64,000 bases of DNA, from positions 20,211,360 through 20,275,359 of the forward strand of contig NC_043019.1 of assembly GCF_006345805.1 (NCBI RefSeq). Reading direction: 5' to 3'. The translations under genes were made by a program, and so were the position numbers. This document shows, in pieces, positions 61,009 through 64,000 of the stretch (position 1 is the first letter of the stretch; the number at the start of each line of letters is the position of its first letter). The stretch comes from Octopus sinensis (taxonomy: Eukaryota). Below the pieces are notes generated by a model. The model ran no database searches. It saw only the letters and a program-made list of their open reading frames with translations, and was not told the origin of the DNA.

Positions 61009-64000
61009 GTGTAGACAATAACAATAAGACAACTAAAAAATATTAATAACTAGCAGAGATACCCAACGTTCCACAGGATTAAAATGGCATACTTTTTTAT
61101 TCTTTGAATTGTTTCAGTCATGTGGCTGAATCAAAATCAAATCAAATCAATTCGATGACTGGCATCTGTGCTAGCGGGGGTGCAAAGAGCACCATACGAG
61201 TGTGATCATTGACAGAGCAGCTATACGAGTATGATCATTACCAGCGTCGCCTTACTGCCACTCATGCCTGTGCTAGTAGGGTGCCAAGAGCACCATCCGA
61301 GCGTGATCGTTGCCAGAGCAGCCAACCAGCTTCCATACCCGTGGCATGTACAAGGGCACCATTCAGGCGTGATCGTTACCAACGTCGCTTCACTGGCAAC
61401 TGTAAAAAGATTCGAGCGAGGTCCCCGTACCGGTAGCACGTAAAAAGCACCCACTACACTCTCGGAGTGGTTGGCGTTAGGAAGGGCATCCAGCTGTAGA
61501 AACTCTGCCAGATCAAGATTGAAGCCTGGTAGAGGAGTAGGGGCCGAAACCGGACGTGGTTCCTCCTGATGATGTCTTGAGCTAACTGGATCCTATAAAG
61601 GAGCTGTTGTGGTAGCAGACCACGAAACATGGTTGTAATTCCACCCAACCATATATATTCCAGAGGAATTTGAAATCAATTTCTTGATTCGTTAGCAGGA
61701 AATGTGAAACAAATATTGCTAGTCACAAGAGAGCTAATGTCAACAAGTATTGTAAATTTAGGAAATTAGTAAAAATGGAACAAAAATAAAGAAATGTTTC
61801 CAACAGATTCACCAGAATTGGTGTCAAAATGAAAAGAACAAGAACCAGAAATATCAACACTGAACATACAAAATTTCATAATAAATCTCACGTTTACAAT
61901 TTTTGGTCAAATTTCTTAAGGCCAGCAAGGTTTCCTTCAGAATCCCTTTCAAGTTAGATTAAAAGCATTGTAGAAAGAAAACTAGGGGTTATAAACTGAC
62001 GATAAATGTGGAGACAATATTAGAATACATAAAAATATTGTGAATTTCAAAATATTCAATTATGTAACATTTAAATTATATTTTCTTATATGGAGGAAAG
62101 GAAAATGGTAAATAAAATCTCTGTGAGACATGATAAATATTCTAGTTGGGCAATCATCAACAGAACTACCTAATCATTGTATTCCAAAGATACTACTATT
62201 CTTAATTGTGAAGCTAGGCCTATGAATTTCAAATACAAATTACCCTGCACTTATAGCGTAAGTGGTTGAATATATTACATGCATAGTAATGAACACTTCC
62301 CCTTTCACCCTTTATTGTTCAAATTTGTCAAATGTAGTGCTTATCTCATCATCATCGTCGTTTAACGTCCGCTTTCCATGCTAGCATGGGTTGGACGATT
62401 TTGACTGAGGGCAGGCGAACCAGATGGCTGCACCAGGCTCCGATCTTGATCTGGCAGAGTTTCTACAGCTGGATGCCATTCCTAACACCAACCACTCTGA
62501 GAATGTAGTGGGTGCTTTTTACGTGGCACCAGCACGGGCGATAGTCAGGCAGTACTGGCAACGACCACGCTCGAATGGTGCCCTTTTACGTGCCACGGGT
62601 ACGGAAGCCAGTTGGCTGCTCTGGCAATGATCACGCTCGGATTAGCCCCCTACTAGCACATGCACAAGTGCCAGTAAGGCGACGCTGGTAACGATCATAC
62701 TCGAATGGTGCCCTTTTTTGTTCCACTGGCACAGAAGCCGGTTAGCCGCTCTGTCAATGATCACATTTGTATGGTGCTCTTTGCATGCCGCTAGCACGGA
62801 TGCCAGTCATCGAATTGATTTTTAATTTTGATTTATTCAGGTTCAAGTGGGGTGTCCACAATATTTGCTTATAACTTTGTTAATTTTCTACATAGAGATG
62901 GCACGTAAAAAGCACCACCCGACCGTGTTCATTGCCAGCGCCGCCCTGACTGGCCTCCGTGCCGGTGGCACGTAAAAAGCACCATCCGATCGTGGCCGTT
63001 GCCAGCCTCGCCTCGCACCCGTGCCGGTGGCACGTAAAAAGCACCCACTACACTCACGGAGTGGTTGGCGTTAGGAAGGGTATCCAGCCGTAGAAACACT
63101 GCCAGATCAGACTGGGCCCGGTGCAGCCTTCTGGCTTCCCAGACCCCGGCTGAACCGTCCAACCCATGCTACCATGGAAAGCGGACGCTAAATGATGATG
63201 ATGATGAGATTGGAATTTGGTAAATGGGTGCTTATATGCCAGTGATTTATAGTTACGTAATTTTAGCTGATCTTTCTGATTAAATTTCACTTTTATGGAC
63301 AGGTAAATTTAATTAACAGGTGTAAAAACAACTTTATGAATAAACACTAAAATTCATATTTTTAATGCATCTTACCTGTTTGATTTGTTACTAAAATTAT
63401 CCCAGATGTCAACCACCAACAATTTTACATTTTTCAAGATGAGGTACATTAAATTGAATTAAAATACAGGTGTAACTGGTACAAGATTTTATTCTTTCTC
63501 TATATTCCATTGAAAATAAAGTACAAAACTCTTTTACTAGTCAATATACCATTGGCTATGTACTCTTATACAATTTAATGAATTCATTTACGTAACATCA
63601 ATGGAATCTGTATCTTTGTGGTACCAGTGCCGGTGGCACACACTTTGTGGTACCAGTGCCGGTGGCACACATGAGAACCATCCGAACGTGGCCGTAGCCA
63701 GTTCCGCATCGACCGGCCTCCGTGCTGTGGGCACGTAACAAACACCATCCGATCATGGCCGTTCGCCAGCCTCATCTGGCACCTGTGTCAGTGGCACATA
63801 AAAAACACCTTCCGAAGACCGGCAAGACTAGTCAGTCCACCTGTGCATACCTTCCTTCCTCTTGTGACACTTGTGAAGACCGGTTGAGGCAAGTGAAAAT
63901 CAAATCAAATCAAATCAAAATAGACAAAATAGATGAACATCAATGGAATTTGTATCTTGTGGTACCAGTGCCTGTGGCACACAAGAAATCCATCAGTGCC

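Noticed and set aside
264-64000. Numerous 60-150 aa ORFs such as '...GFFQFPSTKSTH', 'LDALPNANHSVSVVGAFYVPP', 'DRISTGLTKNKSRG'
   Set aside because: Recurrent translations of SINE families A-D, not genes.

Overview
Eukaryotic, AT-rich, repeat-dense genomic DNA. The SINE families, microsatellites and spliced genes point to an octopus or other coleoid cephalopod (inference). No prokaryotic operons, rRNA, true tRNA genes or CRISPR array were found. Three protein-coding loci can be supported. (1) An intact single-exon Tigger/pogo (TIGD1-like) transposase ORF (7853-9682, +) with a DD32D triad, an unusual acidic repeat insertion and no recognisable right end, so probably domesticated. (2) A two-exon GT11 alpha-1,2-fucosyltransferase (37549-37630 + 41087-42039, +). 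(3) Nine phase-consistent exons of a cohesin acetyltransferase ESCO/Eco1 gene (59814 down to 45993, -; start exon not found), convergent with the fucosyltransferase. The rest is mobile DNA: four tRNA-type SINE or LINE-tail families, RTE, RTE-X, CR1 and Dong/R4 LINE fragments, a Gypsy LTR plus gag remnant, Helitrons, piggyBac- and hAT-type MITEs, a decayed DNA transposase, and large mini- and microsatellites. The most striking unexplained signal is a series of long inverted repeats. One is a perfect 150-bp-arm foldback (20032-20397) whose loop carries a minimal hammerhead-ribozyme-like motif, with the cleavage triplet exactly at the inversion junction. All coordinates were read by eye and may be off by a few bases.
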